Below are positions 10,210 through 20,874 of a stretch of DNA of 64,000 bases, piece after piece. The notes beneath the pieces were generated by a model. It saw nothing but the letters and a program-made list of their open reading frames with translations, did not search any database and had not been told where the DNA came from. Source of the stretch: Candidatus Cloacimonadales bacterium (GTDB lineage: Bacteria > Cloacimonadota > Cloacimonadia > Cloacimonadales > JAIOQZ01); NCBI GenBank assembly GCA_963674825.1, contig OY771587.1, positions 192,001 through 256,000 on the forward strand, written 5' to 3'. Made by a program: the position numbers and the translations under genes. Positions within the stretch are counted from its first letter, which is position 1; every line of letters starts with the position of its first letter.

Positions 10210-13200
10210 ATGAAAGAATTACGCAAGGAGACAATGGACGGAAACGCGTGCGCGACTCATGTAGCTTACGCGTTCAGTGATGTTGCCGCTATTTATCCAA
10301 TCACACCTTCTTCTACGATGGGCGAGTATGCAGACGCCTGGTCATCCGCCGGACGCAAAAACTTATTCGGTCAGGTAGTGGATGTCATCGAAATGCAGTC
10401 GGAAGGCGGCGCAGCGGGTGCGGTTCACGGATCGCTCTCGGCAGGTGCACTCACAACCACCTTCACCGCGTCACAGGGCCTCATGCTGATGCTTCCCAAC
10501 ATGCACAAGATAGCCGGCGAAATGCTGCCGACCGTGTTCCACGTATCAGCTCGCTCCCTGGCATGCCAGTCACTCTCGATCTTTGGCGATCACTCAGATG
10601 TCATGTCAGCCCGTAACACCGGCTGGGCAATGATGGCAGCAAACTCGCTGCAGGAAATTATGGACCTCGCCATCGTATCCCACCTGGCTACCCTGAAATC
10701 GAAGATCCCGTTCCTGAACTTCTTTGATGGATTCCGCAGCTCCAGCGAAATCCAGAAAGTTGAAGTTATCGATTACGATACCATCAACGAAATGATCGAA
10801 ATGCAATACATCGAAGACTTCCGCAGCCGCGCCATGAACCCGGAAAATCCGCGGCTCAAAGTCGGTGCACAGAACCCGGATGTCTACTTCCAGGGTCGCG
10901 AGACGGTCAATCCGTACTACATCGCCACACCGGAAATCGTTCAGGAATACATGAACAAGCTTTTTAAAGTCATCGGACGCCAGTACAACTTATTCGATTA
11001 TGTTGGCGCACCAGATGCAGACAAAGTTATCGTCGCAATGGGTAGCGGTTGCGAAACCGTCGAAGAGACGATCAACTACCTCAACAAGAAGGGCGAAAAG
11101 CTTGGCCTGATCAAGGTCCGGCTCTATCGTCCGTTCGCTGAAGAAGCCTTCCGCAACGTGCTGCCGGCAACCGTGAAGAAGATCGCGGTTCTGGATCGCA
11201 CCAAGGAACCGGGCGCTATCGGCGAGCCGCTTTACCTCGACGTCGTTGCAGCTCTCAAGGATCGTTGCGACACCACCATCATCGGCGGACGTTACGGCCT
11301 TTCCTCGAAGGAATTTACTCCTTCGATGGTCAAAGCAGTTTACGACAACCTCGACGGAGCCTGCAAGCACGGCTTCACCGTCGGTATCAACGACGACGTC
11401 ACCAACACCTCCATTCCTGTGGCCGAACACATCAACACCATTCCGGAAGGAACGGTCAGCTGTAAGTTCTGGGGCCTTGGTTCCGACGGTACAGTCGGCG
11501 CTAACAAGAATAGCATCAAGATCATCGGTAACAACACCGACCTCTATGCTCAGGGATACTTCCAGTACGACTCCAAGAAATCCGGCGGTATCACCCGTAG
11601 CCATCTGCGCTTCGGCAAGTCCCCGATTCAGTCGGAATACCTGGTTCAGAACGCTGACTTCATCGCCTGCCACAATCAGGCGTTCATCGGCCGTTATGAC
11701 ATCCTTGAAGGCATTAAGGAAGGCGGCGTCTTCCTGCTGAACTCCAATTGGAGCAAAGAAGAAGCCTTCAACAACCTCACAGAAGACATGCAGAAGACCT
11801 TGATCGAAAAGAAGGTCAAGTTCTATAACATCGACGCGCTCGAAATCGCGACCGGTGTCGGCCTTGGCGGACGCATCAACACCGTCATGCAGACCGCATT
11901 CTTCCTGATCTCCGGCGTGCTGGAACGTCAGGAAGCCATCAAGATGATCAAGAAAGCGATCGAGAAATCGTTCTTCAAGAAGGGCGAAGAGGTCGTGAAG
12001 ATGAACTGGGCCGCTGTCGATCGTACAGACGAAGCGCTTGTCGAGATTCCCGTACCCGCAGCACTCCCGGGTGCCGCCCTGGAACCACACAAGCTCATTC
12101 CGGATGATGCTGACGACTTCACTAAAAACGTCATCGAGAAAATCATGCGCGAGAAAGGCGACGATATCCCTGTATCGCACATGCCGTTCGACGGATTCGT
12201 TCCCACCGGCACGACCGCACTGGAAAAACGCGGTGTAGCTCCGCTCGTACCGCAGTGGATCCCCGAAAACTGTATCCAGTGTAACCAGTGCTCGTTTGTT
12301 TGCCCTCACGCAGCCATCCGCGCCAAACTGATCGACCGCGACAACCTCAAGGACGCGCCGGAAAGCTTCAAGACACTCAAAGCGATGGGCAAAGACGGCG
12401 AAAAATTCGACTACAAGGTTCAGGTCTACATCGAAGATTGCCAGAGCTGCTGGAACTGCGTCAACGTATGTCCGAAGGAAGCCCTGGTCATGAAGCCGAT
12501 CGCTGAAGAACGCGAAGCCGGTGAAGTCGAGAACCAGAAGTTCTTCACCAGCCTTCCAGAAGATGTGATGAGCGAAATGGTGAAAGAAGGAACCGTCAAG
12601 GGTAGCCAGTTCAAGCAGCCGCTTCTCGAGTTCTCGGGTGCATGCGCAGGCTGCGGTGAGACACCGTACGTCAAGCTGATCACCCAGCTCTACGGTGACC
12701 GCATGATCGTTGCCAACGCAACCGGTTGCTCCTCCATCTGGGGCGGAACGTTCCCGACTATCCCGTATTGCAAGAACAAAGACGGCCACGGTCCTACCTG
12801 GGCAAACTCATTGTTCGAAGACAACGCGGAATACGGATTCGGTATGCGCCTGGCTGTCGATGCCAACCGTAAGCAACTGAAATCCAATGTCGAGAAGCTC
12901 GTTGCCGACATGAATGGCGAAGAATTCAAGCAATTCGCAGCCGAAGCTGAAAAAGCTGGCGGCGAGATGCTTCAGAAAGTAGAAAAAATCCGTGAATTCG
13001 GCAATTGCCTGCAATATGCGCTGGATCACTGGAAAGATACCGATCAGGCAGCTAAAGACAACGCTGCGAAGATCAAAGAACTTCTGGCCCTGATGCTCGA
13101 AAACTGCGTCGTCGAAGAACGCAAGGCCGTTCTGAAGAAACTCGTGGAACTCCAGAGCTACTTCATCGAGAAGAGCGTCTGGTGCTTCGGCGGTGACGGC

Positions 13201-13812
13201 TGGGCATACGATATCGGTTACGGCGGCCTGGACCACGTCCTCGCTTCCGGCAAGAACATCAACGTGCTCGTGATGGATACCGAGGTTTACTCGAACACCG
13301 GCGGTCAGGCTTCCAAGTCAACCCCGCTGGGATCCGTCGCCAAGTTCGCTGAATCCGGTAAGAAGACGGTCAAAAAAGACCTCGGCATGATGATGATGAG
13401 CTACGGCTACATCTACGTCGCGTCCGTGGCTATGGGCTCGAACAAGAACCAGCTGGTCAAGGCGATCCAGGAAGCGGAAGCTTACGACGGACCGTCCATC
13501 GTGATCGCATACGCACCGTGTATCAACCACGGAATCGACATGCATCAGACCCAGCAGGAAGAGCAAAAAGCTGTCGATACAGGCTACTGGCTGCTTTATC
13601 GCCACAATCCGGAATTGAAAGCAGAAGGCAAGAACCCGTTCATCCTCGATTCGAAAGAACCGAAGATCGAAGTTACCAAGTTCCTCGAAGGCGAAAAGCG
13701 CTACACCACACTCAAGCAGACGTTCCCGGAAGTTGTGGATGGATACTGGGAGCATGTGGTCAAGTTCGTAAACGAACGCTACCTCAAGTATAAAAAGATG
13801 TCTGAAGAATAA
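10210..13812 (+). CDS. nifJ: Pyruvate:ferredoxin (flavodoxin) oxidoreductase, homodimeric type
   Basis: YPITPS, EMQSEGGAAGAVHG, GLGSDGTVG, two CxxCxxCxxxCP motifs, ACAGCGE, GGDGWAYDIG TPP motif. Confidence 0.97.
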   Translation: MKELRKETMDGNACATHVAYAFSDVAAIYPITPSSTMGEYADAWSSAGRKNLFGQVVDVIEMQSEGGAAGAVHGSLSAGALTTTFTASQGLMLMLPNMHKIAGEMLPTVFHVSARSLACQSLSIFGDHSDVMSARNTGWAMMAANSLQEIMDLAIVSHLATLKSKIPFLNFFDGFRSSSEIQKVEVIDYDTINEMIEMQYIEDFRSRAMNPENPRLKVGAQNPDVYFQGRETVNPYYIATPEIVQEYMNKLFKVIGRQYNLFDYVGAPDADKVIVAMGSGCETVEETINYLNKKGEKLGLIKVRLYRPFAEEAFRNVLPATVKKIAVLDRTKEPGAIGEPLYLDVVAALKDRCDTTIIGGRYGLSSKEFTPSMVKAVYDNLDGACKHGFTVGINDDVTNTSIPVAEHINTIPEGTVSCKFWGLGSDGTVGANKNSIKIIGNNTDLYAQGYFQYDSKKSGGITRSHLRFGKSPIQSEYLVQNADFIACHNQAFIGRYDILEGIKEGGVFLLNSNWSKEEAFNNLTEDMQKTLIEKKVKFYNIDALEIATGVGLGGRINTVMQTAFFLISGVLERQEAIKMIKKAIEKSFFKKGEEVVKMNWAAVDRTDEALVEIPVPAALPGAALEPHKLIPDDADDFTKNVIEKIMREKGDDIPVSHMPFDGFVPTGTTALEKRGVAPLVPQWIPENCIQCNQCSFVCPHAAIRAKLIDRDNLKDAPESFKTLKAMGKDGEKFDYKVQVYIEDCQSCWNCVNVCPKEALVMKPIAEEREAGEVENQKFFTSLPEDVMSEMVKEGTVKGSQFKQPLLEFSGACAGCGETPYVKLITQLYGDRMIVANATGCSSIWGGTFPTIPYCKNKDGHGPTWANSLFEDNAEYGFGMRLAVDANRKQLKSNVEKLVADMNGEEFKQFAAEAEKAGGEMLQKVEKIREFGNCLQYALDHWKDTDQAAKDNAAKIKELLALMLENCVVEERKAVLKKLVELQSYFIEKSVWCFGGDGWAYDIGYGGLDHVLASGKNINVLVMDTEVYSNTGGQASKSTPLGSVAKFAESGKKTVKKDLGMMMMSYGYIYVASVAMGSNKNQLVKAIQEAEAYDGPSIVIAYAPCINHGIDMHQTQQEEQKAVDTGYWLLYRHNPELKAEGKNPFILDSKEPKIEVTKFLEGEKRYTTLKQTFPEVVDGYWEHVVKFVNERYLKYKKMSEE

Positions 13813-13832
13813 ACCGGATATCTCACAATAAT

Positions 13833-13861
13833 AAAAGGGCGGCCAGATGGTCGCCCTTTTT
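13833..13861 (+). terminator. Intrinsic terminator, possibly bidirectional
   Basis: AAAAGGGCG...CGCCCTTTTT. Confidence 0.85.
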
Positions 13862-13882
13862 GTATAGGTAAACCCGAGCTTT

Positions 13883-14129
13883 TTTCAGCAACATGACCTT
13901 GCGAATCTCAGTCTTTATATTAACGAAATACACGCCCTAAGGTTGACGATCGGCGTTCCAGGTAAGCGTATTGTCGCCGACAACGCGCTGTACGACAAAT
14001 GTCCTGCACCTTCATACCGCGTACGTTGCAGATATCGATCTGGACAGTTTGCGCATAGGCAAGGCTGAAGCAGAAATAGGTTTGAGGATTGAACGGATTG
14101 GGATAGACCGATTTCAGCGCTGTAACGCT
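13883..14129 (-). pseudogene. Degenerate orphan C-terminal sorting domain remnant
   Basis: Minus strand reads SVTALKSVYPNPFNPQT...IDICNVRGMKVQ, then a frameshift, then ...TLTWNADRQP*GVYFVNIKTEIRKVMLLK; no start codon or upstream body. Confidence 0.75.
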
Positions 14130-14137
14130 TAACCTAT

Positions 14138-16642
14138 CTAATGTTTATGGTCGGAGGTAGTGAACTTGAGTGCGTCGGGAAGTTTGATTGCAAAGAGTGA
14201 CAAACGATAATCCCAGAAATCGCCTTCCTTGGTCCATCGGAAGGTCAGCTTCCAACAGTGCAGCATGCGGGTAAGAATCAGCTCATGAGAGATGAATTCG
14301 CTTTCCTGAAGATCGATGTAATTGCTATAGCTTACAGTCCAGTTGGTGGTAAGGCGAAACTCCGATCTGATGCGCAGATTACTGGTGAAGTCATCAATTC
14401 CGCGCCGCTGCGAATAGTCATGGGTTACGCCGATACTCCATTGCTCGGAATTGGAAAGCTGTTCGACTTTATCGATGGTATCCAATGTACCACGGCCCTC
14501 ATCCTCAGTTGCAAGGGAGTCTTTAAGGAAGAACTTACTGGTCTCGAACCGATTTAGTGGTTCGGGAAAATACTCAGTGAAGGATGCATCGCCAGAAATC
14601 GTGAAGCCGGTGGATACCGACCAGGAATTTAGATTGAAATCGTAAGGATCTTCGTAGATCGAGCCTGAATTGGTCCACTTGAAATTGAAAGAACCTACTT
14701 CCGCCGTTGCTGGCTTGAACGAGAGCCGATGTGAGATCGTACCGAACTTCTTTCCTTCTCCTTCGAGGTTGTAAGATACCGCCGAATCGATCTTGAAGAA
14801 GTCGTTCAACTTGCGTTCGCTTCCACCGTCTTTGCCGCGCAGTTTCAATTGCCAGGTGTTGCTCAGTGCATAGCGAAGCGTTCTGCTTTTCTTGCTGCTA
14901 TTGACACCCACACTACCGAAGGAATAGAGATCGCTGTTTTCCTGGAAATCAGGTTTGTAGGTAAACGCAACCGAAGGTGTCATAATATGCCTGACCGCCC
15001 GAACGTACATTGCCGGCATCTGACGTGTGCCATACAGAGAAAAGGACGCCTTCGAACTCGTGCTGTAATCGTATCCGGCAGCAGCCTTGTTATTATCACG
15101 ATCGCGGTCGATGACCACAGCATTCGTCGTTAGACTCTGGGTGAGGTCCAGCCAGCCGGCAGCCTTCCAGCTGTATCGCAAGCCTGCCGTGTTGAGAACC
15201 CCGGCATGATGTTCACTGACATATGCACCGGTTGAGTCGCGGTGACTCTCCCACAACACCTCCTCGAGATCAGGATCCTCATCTACAATCGTCCCGGTGT
15301 GAACACCCTTGAATGAGTATGAATACGATAGCGGTTCCCACCATTTCTGGGTATCGTCGTCGTCCGCGCTAATCTCCTCGAGGTCTTCCGTGCCGATAAA
15401 AAGCTCATAGACCGGTTTGGAAGGAAGCGAATAGGAGACACTGGGCAGCGTGATGCTCTTCTCGTCGGTCGAAAGGTTCTCGGTATAGCTGCTGCTTGCG
15501 CTCAAAAGACGATCGAAAACATATGTCTTATACGACATGCTCGAAGTGATCTCTTCCTTGAGTCGCTCGTTGATATCATCGCTGTTTTCGAAAATATTCT
15601 TATTACTGACAAATTTCAGATCGGACTCGAATGTTGTCTTGTAAGCAATTTCATGGTGGTGGTGCGAATAGAAGTACCATTGATAAGAATCGCTGGAATT
15701 CAATCCTCCATTCCGCTCAGTAAGCCGCGCATCGTAGTTTCCATTGAAATCGTATTGTTTGGTGTAATCGCCTTCGACGCGCGTCTCCCAGCCGGAAAGC
15801 TCCATATAATCAAGTGTCGTGGTCAGGTTAGCGTAATCGCTTATCGCGATGAAATAGGCGATATTCTTGAGGTATTTACCGTCACTGCTGTTGTATCCAG
15901 GCTCGGCAACCAGAAAACCGCTCTGGCGACCGCGTTTGATGGTAAACGTCGCATAAGGAAGCGCTAGAACCGGGAAGTAATTTACATAGAACACGACAGG
16001 CTTGGCTACGATTTTATCGTCTCTGTATAGCCGCATATCGCGCGAATAGATGTAATAGTGTGGTTCCTGGCTGTCGCAGGTGGTGAAATATCCGTTATCG
16101 ATATCGAACACTTCCTTGCCTACCTTGCGCACCTCTTCCCCATAGTAATAGCCTTTGTCGAATTTGGTCGCCCCTTGCTTGATCATACCATCCTGATCGG
16201 CGATATCAAAACGAATCTCGTCGCCAAGAAGCTGATGCGAGCCTTCTTTCATCAGAGCCTGACCTTCGGATGCGGCTTTTTCCTGCTGCATATCAACGCT
16301 GATCGTATCGGAGCTAATCGTGGCTGTCTGGTAGCGCAGGAAGGCATTTCCAGCCAGCATGATGCGCTCTTCCTGCACATAGTAGTAGATGCTGTCGGCC
16401 TTGTAGTATATCGAATCGATTACGATGGTGTCCTGCAGTGTAAAGAGGCTGTCCAGTGAATCTGAAAAGGCAAATGCGCTCGAATCGCTGAATGTATAGA
16501 GGCTATCCAATGAATCTGCGACCACAGCGAGGCTGTCGATCTCCCCGACAGGGTGATCCTGTGCGCGCTGCGGAAGCGCAATCAGGAGGATCGCCAGTGC
16601 GATCAGTATGGGTATGAATTTCGATTGGACCGTCTTTATCAT
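14138..16642 (-). CDS. lptD: LPS-assembly outer-membrane protein LptD
   Basis: OstA-like N-domain, FTTCD...PHY, KRGRQSGFL, C-terminal barrel with R.LHCW; start taken at MIKTVQ. Confidence 0.85.
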   Translation of the reverse strand: MIKTVQSKFIPILIALAILLIALPQRAQDHPVGEIDSLAVVADSLDSLYTFSDSSAFAFSDSLDSLFTLQDTIVIDSIYYKADSIYYYVQEERIMLAGNAFLRYQTATISSDTISVDMQQEKAASEGQALMKEGSHQLLGDEIRFDIADQDGMIKQGATKFDKGYYYGEEVRKVGKEVFDIDNGYFTTCDSQEPHYYIYSRDMRLYRDDKIVAKPVVFYVNYFPVLALPYATFTIKRGRQSGFLVAEPGYNSSDGKYLKNIAYFIAISDYANLTTTLDYMELSGWETRVEGDYTKQYDFNGNYDARLTERNGGLNSSDSYQWYFYSHHHHEIAYKTTFESDLKFVSNKNIFENSDDINERLKEEITSSMSYKTYVFDRLLSASSSYTENLSTDEKSITLPSVSYSLPSKPVYELFIGTEDLEEISADDDDTQKWWEPLSYSYSFKGVHTGTIVDEDPDLEEVLWESHRDSTGAYVSEHHAGVLNTAGLRYSWKAAGWLDLTQSLTTNAVVIDRDRDNNKAAAGYDYSTSSKASFSLYGTRQMPAMYVRAVRHIMTPSVAFTYKPDFQENSDLYSFGSVGVNSSKKSRTLRYALSNTWQLKLRGKDGGSERKLNDFFKIDSAVSYNLEGEGKKFGTISHRLSFKPATAEVGSFNFKWTNSGSIYEDPYDFNLNSWSVSTGFTISGDASFTEYFPEPLNRFETSKFFLKDSLATEDEGRGTLDTIDKVEQLSNSEQWSIGVTHDYSQRRGIDDFTSNLRIRSEFRLTTNWTVSYSNYIDLQESEFISHELILTRMLHCWKLTFRWTKEGDFWDYRLSLFAIKLPDALKFTTSDHKH

Positions 16643-16767
16643 TTGATGCGTATCATTTTGTCGGTCTGGATTCGTGTCAAGAAAAGAGCTTGGCATATAT
16701 TTTCTTGACAACCTCAACCCAAGAGCCTCTTTGAAAATGTACCAGCAAAAAAACATGGAGAGCCATT

Positions 16768-17316
16768 ATGCGAAAACTACTGCTACTACTCATGATTACG
16801 ATTGTAACTGTATCCGCATCTGCCCAGACCTTTCTGGCTCACAACGTTTGGTTTGAAAAACCACAGGCAATGTACGCCTGTAACTACAAACGCGGCACAA
16901 TGATTCCCGCCGGGATCGATGTTGATCATGTTGAGCTGCGAACGGATCGCAGAAACAGAACCATCCTCTATTTCGAAGTACCGGAATACGACAAAGGCTT
17001 TCAGGTCTATATCCAGGAACGGCTACAGGGCTCCGATTTCACCTTCGATCAGCTAAAAGAGCAGATGTTTACAACAAAGAGCTTTGAGGAGATGGTAAAG
17101 GGATTACCGCAGAATTTTATCGATGCGATCGAAAAAGGTGAAATTGTACAGGGAATGCCCAAAGAGGTCGTACTGATCTCATGGGGATATCCACCACATG
17201 GCACGACCTTCACCACCAACTTGAACACGTGGGTGTACCCGATGAACCGCTGGAAAACCCGAGAGGTTATCTTCGATAAGAACGGACTGACAATTTCGGG
17301 ATCGAATACCGATTGA
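16768..17316 (+). CDS. Secreted hypothetical protein with SmpA/BamE-like C-terminal motif
   Basis: Signal peptide (ASA-Q); I..GM.KE.V..SWGYP...WVY. Confidence 0.65.
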   Translation: MRKLLLLLMITIVTVSASAQTFLAHNVWFEKPQAMYACNYKRGTMIPAGIDVDHVELRTDRRNRTILYFEVPEYDKGFQVYIQERLQGSDFTFDQLKEQMFTTKSFEEMVKGLPQNFIDAIEKGEIVQGMPKEVVLISWGYPPHGTTFTTNLNTWVYPMNRWKTREVIFDKNGLTISGSNTD

Positions 17317-17763
17317 TCAGACTTCTTCCAAATCTCCCGGTTCTTTCAGCTCGTCGTGGCCGTTATTGAAAACAAGCTTTCTGCCGCGATAAAAAGCTTC
17401 GACGCATTGACGCGCATACTGGGTTGCATTGTTCATAAATTCGCCATCGAACATGAAGAACTTATCGATGCGATCCAGAAGCCGCTTTTCCTGTGATTGC
17501 AGGTGTTTGTCCATGAACATCAAGGTCGCGATCTCAAGAAACAAGACCCGACGTGATTGCTCGTTATCGAAGATCTCAAGCTCTTTTTCCAGATCGAAAT
17601 CGCCCAAGTCGAGTTCGTCATAGCAGATTTCCATTTCGTGGCACTGGTTGCGCAGCATGTTTTCTTCGCATACGGAGAAATCATAATCGATATTCAGTGC
17701 GTATTGCGCTATTCTCAGATAGGCTTGTTTTTCCCGATCACTCAGGGTATGAAGGAACATCAT
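17317..17763 (-). CDS. TerB-like helical protein
   Basis: MFL..L...EK.AYL.IA...D..F...E..ML and D......EK.LL pattern. Confidence 0.6.
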   Translation of the reverse strand: MMFLHTLSDREKQAYLRIAQYALNIDYDFSVCEENMLRNQCHEMEICYDELDLGDFDLEKELEIFDNEQSRRVLFLEIATLMFMDKHLQSQEKRLLDRIDKFFMFDGEFMNNATQYARQCVEAFYRGRKLVFNNGHDELKEPGDLEEV

Positions 17764-18072
17764 GCCTCCAAAGTCCTCGGCAGCAATTACGCTTGCCGGA
17801 AATAAAGGTTCTCTTTTGCCGAGTCACAGGAAAATGTCAATCTTTCTTTCTGGAATCGAGTCCTTCACACACGCACAGCACATGGAATTGATGATCCTTG
17901 GGGACAAATCCCATAGCACTACCAGGCTCGCAATCTATTGAAACATATTTCATTATGAGATCGCCGCGTTCGCTCGACCCCGAATTTCGCTGTAATAACG
18001 TGACAGTTATTGAGTTAAATATATCAATGGCTTCTTATAGATAGCCTTTGCATAAACGCTCCCGGAGGTTAC

Positions 18073-20874
18073 ATGCGCAATCTCGTATTATTTGCCGTTT
18101 TACTGACGCTTCTCGCCTGTTCGACTGCGCCAAAAACGCAACCCGTCGCGGAAGGTAAACAGCCGCCAGCCAAAGAATCGGAAGTCCTTTTCATTTCCGA
18201 CCAACGTGCCATCCCGCTCAATTTTCCCGATGTCGATTTCTCCAGTTGGCTCGATACAACCATCGTGCAGTTGGAATCGCAACTTCCCAAAGACGATATC
18301 CCGCGTAATGTCTGGATTTCTGTCGTTCTCAAGACCGACGGAAACCATACTATAGATTGGACAGTAAACCCGAAGATAGATGGATTCAGGCCGCATCTGG
18401 AACCAGGCGTACCGCTCCCGCAATACAAAGATTTCAAGCTTTTATACGTCTATAATCGCTACGGAGTCGCAGCGGCAAGACCACCGCAGAACTACATCGA
18501 ACTACCGAAAGAAATCGAAAAAACCGACTTCTTTCTCTTGGATCTCGCCGGGCAGAACCAAGCGCTCCAGCGATGGTGCAACAACAAAGCCATGCCCATC
18601 TTCGAGAAACAGATGCAGGAAGTGGTGGAGCAAGTACCCGCCCTGAAAGACTATATGGATTACATCGGGCAATTACCCGATTCCGCTTCCGTGGAAGAGA
18701 TGACTGAGCGTGAGAAATTGTTCTGGTTGGCAGACGCCGAATTCAAGTCGGACCGCCCTCTCATGCAATATTACCGCCTCATGTTGCACATTCAGCACGG
18801 CGAATACGATAAAGCCAGCAGCCTCTACTCATCTATCCAGTACGTCGCGGGATTCGTTACACCTCTTTCGCTGGTCGTTCAGGATGCAGTCGATTATGTC
18901 AACATTATGATGCGTCAGGTCTCCAGCGACTTGAATCCTATCACCACCGATATTGAATCGGGTGAATCCGACGGAGCTACCGAACGTCTGAAAAAGGTGC
19001 TGAGCGACTACCCGAAATCACCGCTGACCTGGCATTACCTTCTCTTTCAGCAGTACCCCCAGTATTACCGCGAACACCGCGAAGAAGATTTCGCTCAGCT
19101 CTACCGTGAGAAGGTCTATCAGGAATGCGATCCACTCTTCATGGATAGCTATCCAGCCATGAATGTACGCGAATTGTTCCTCACACTACGTTATCGCCTG
19201 AACCTGTTCACCCCACCAAATCAGTTTAACTCCGAGATCGAATACCTTTTTGTCCACGGTCAGATGTGCCTGCTTCTGGACGCACCTGGTTATGCGGCAC
19301 CTGCGTTCAGACGTGGAATGGACAATGCGCCGAATGATGAGATTCACAAAAATTTCTACTTGCTCTACATCTACTGCCTGGACCAGCTCGGGATCGACGA
19401 GATGAACTATGATTCCGCGGCTTTCCCAATCCCGGAGACGCTCATTCAGGAAGCAAGCCAGTATTATCAAGACGATATTCTTTCCATTGTGGATGCTGAT
19501 ATCGATTCGCTTAGAGAGAACTACGAGCCTGTTATTCACCTGAGTAAAGGGCTTTCGCTCTTCCAGGCTGAAGCAAATGAGGAAGCCAAAAAGGAACTCA
19601 ATCAATGCATTGAGATGAATCCGGACATTCCGGAAGCCTTCACCAGTCGTGGCAAGATATACTTCGAAGAAGAGAAATACGACCTTGCTGAGCGCGATTA
19701 CACCCGCGCAATCGAACTCGGATCTCAGAAACCAAGCATTTACTATGTTCGAAGCACCATTTACGCCATGCAAAGCAAATGGCCAGAGGCGATCCAGGAC
19801 ATCAACACCTACCTTGGTCTCGAAGAGGATAACTACTATGCTCTCTTCCTGCGCGGTGTCTATTACCAGAACGCCCAACGCTATGAAGAATCGATCCGCG
19901 ATTTCAGCTGGCTTATCAATCAGGTTCCCGACCTCACCGATGCCTGGCTCAAAAGAGGCATCAGCTACTACCTGAATGGCGAGAACGGTTTCGCACTCAA
20001 GGATTTCGATCACTATCTCTACATCCAGCCAGAAGACGACTTCGGATATGCCCAGCGAGCGATTGTCCGTATGCGCCTCGACCAGATCGATCAGGCATTG
20101 ATGGACATCGATACCGCCATCGAAATCAATGGAGATGCGGGTTTCTACTACAAAGCCAAAGGCGATATTCTTTCTCGTAAGAGCCAGTTCCCGGAAGCGA
20201 TTGCGGCCTACAAATCAGCGCTTCAAAAAAATGATTTTCCACTTCATCTGATCTACTATTTCATGGCGAATGCGTACTTCCAGATGGAAGACTACAACAA
20301 CGCAATCCGGACAATCGATCTGGCTATCGGTCAACAACCGGATGAAGCGGATTATTACCGTGCCAAAGCCAGCTATTTGAACGCTATGGGTAATCTCGAC
20401 CAGGCAATAACTGTCATCGATAAAGCGATTGAGCTCGACCCGGAAAATCCGCAATACTACTCCTACAAAGCAGCCTATCTCTATGACAACGGCATGACGG
20501 AAAAAGCGCTTGAGGTTTATCGCTACGGCTGTGCGCTCGATCCCGATGACATGAGCACTCTGCTGAGCTACGCAGAGCTCCTGATTCTCACCGGGCATTA
20601 CGCTGAAGCGGAACCGCAGATCGATATCGCGATCCAGAAATCGGCCGGTGACCACGAAACGGTCATTGCACTGTTCCTGAAGGTAATTGCGTTGAAGCTG
20701 CAGGGCAAGCCTTACGATACGACCGAGTTGGAAAAGTATATGTATCCGGGATTGAAGCTGTATTGGTGGTCGTTCGATCTCATGGAAGACTGGCTTGACG
20801 AGAAGAAGATATCAGACGCGGACGCTCAGTACATTCGCAGCCTGATCGAGCAGTTGAAGGCTTACAAGGAATAG
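18073..20874 (+). CDS. Large TPR-repeat lipoprotein
   Basis: Lipobox LLA-C; many TPR motifs in the C-terminal half. Confidence 0.85.
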   Translation: MRNLVLFAVLLTLLACSTAPKTQPVAEGKQPPAKESEVLFISDQRAIPLNFPDVDFSSWLDTTIVQLESQLPKDDIPRNVWISVVLKTDGNHTIDWTVNPKIDGFRPHLEPGVPLPQYKDFKLLYVYNRYGVAAARPPQNYIELPKEIEKTDFFLLDLAGQNQALQRWCNNKAMPIFEKQMQEVVEQVPALKDYMDYIGQLPDSASVEEMTEREKLFWLADAEFKSDRPLMQYYRLMLHIQHGEYDKASSLYSSIQYVAGFVTPLSLVVQDAVDYVNIMMRQVSSDLNPITTDIESGESDGATERLKKVLSDYPKSPLTWHYLLFQQYPQYYREHREEDFAQLYREKVYQECDPLFMDSYPAMNVRELFLTLRYRLNLFTPPNQFNSEIEYLFVHGQMCLLLDAPGYAAPAFRRGMDNAPNDEIHKNFYLLYIYCLDQLGIDEMNYDSAAFPIPETLIQEASQYYQDDILSIVDADIDSLRENYEPVIHLSKGLSLFQAEANEEAKKELNQCIEMNPDIPEAFTSRGKIYFEEEKYDLAERDYTRAIELGSQKPSIYYVRSTIYAMQSKWPEAIQDINTYLGLEEDNYYALFLRGVYYQNAQRYEESIRDFSWLINQVPDLTDAWLKRGISYYLNGENGFALKDFDHYLYIQPEDDFGYAQRAIVRMRLDQIDQALMDIDTAIEINGDAGFYYKAKGDILSRKSQFPEAIAAYKSALQKNDFPLHLIYYFMANAYFQMEDYNNAIRTIDLAIGQQPDEADYYRAKASYLNAMGNLDQAITVIDKAIELDPENPQYYSYKAAYLYDNGMTEKALEVYRYGCALDPDDMSTLLSYAELLILTGHYAEAEPQIDIAIQKSAGDHETVIALFLKVIALKLQGKPYDTTELEKYMYPGLKLYWWSFDLMEDWLDEKKISDADAQYIRSLIEQLKAYKE

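Noticed and set aside
10990..12789. 599-aa antisense ORF (likewise 37320-38249, 45837-46976, 9112-9729, 57601-58281, 58876-59571)
   Set aside because: Shadow ORFs opposite well-supported genes; explained by codon bias, with no motifs
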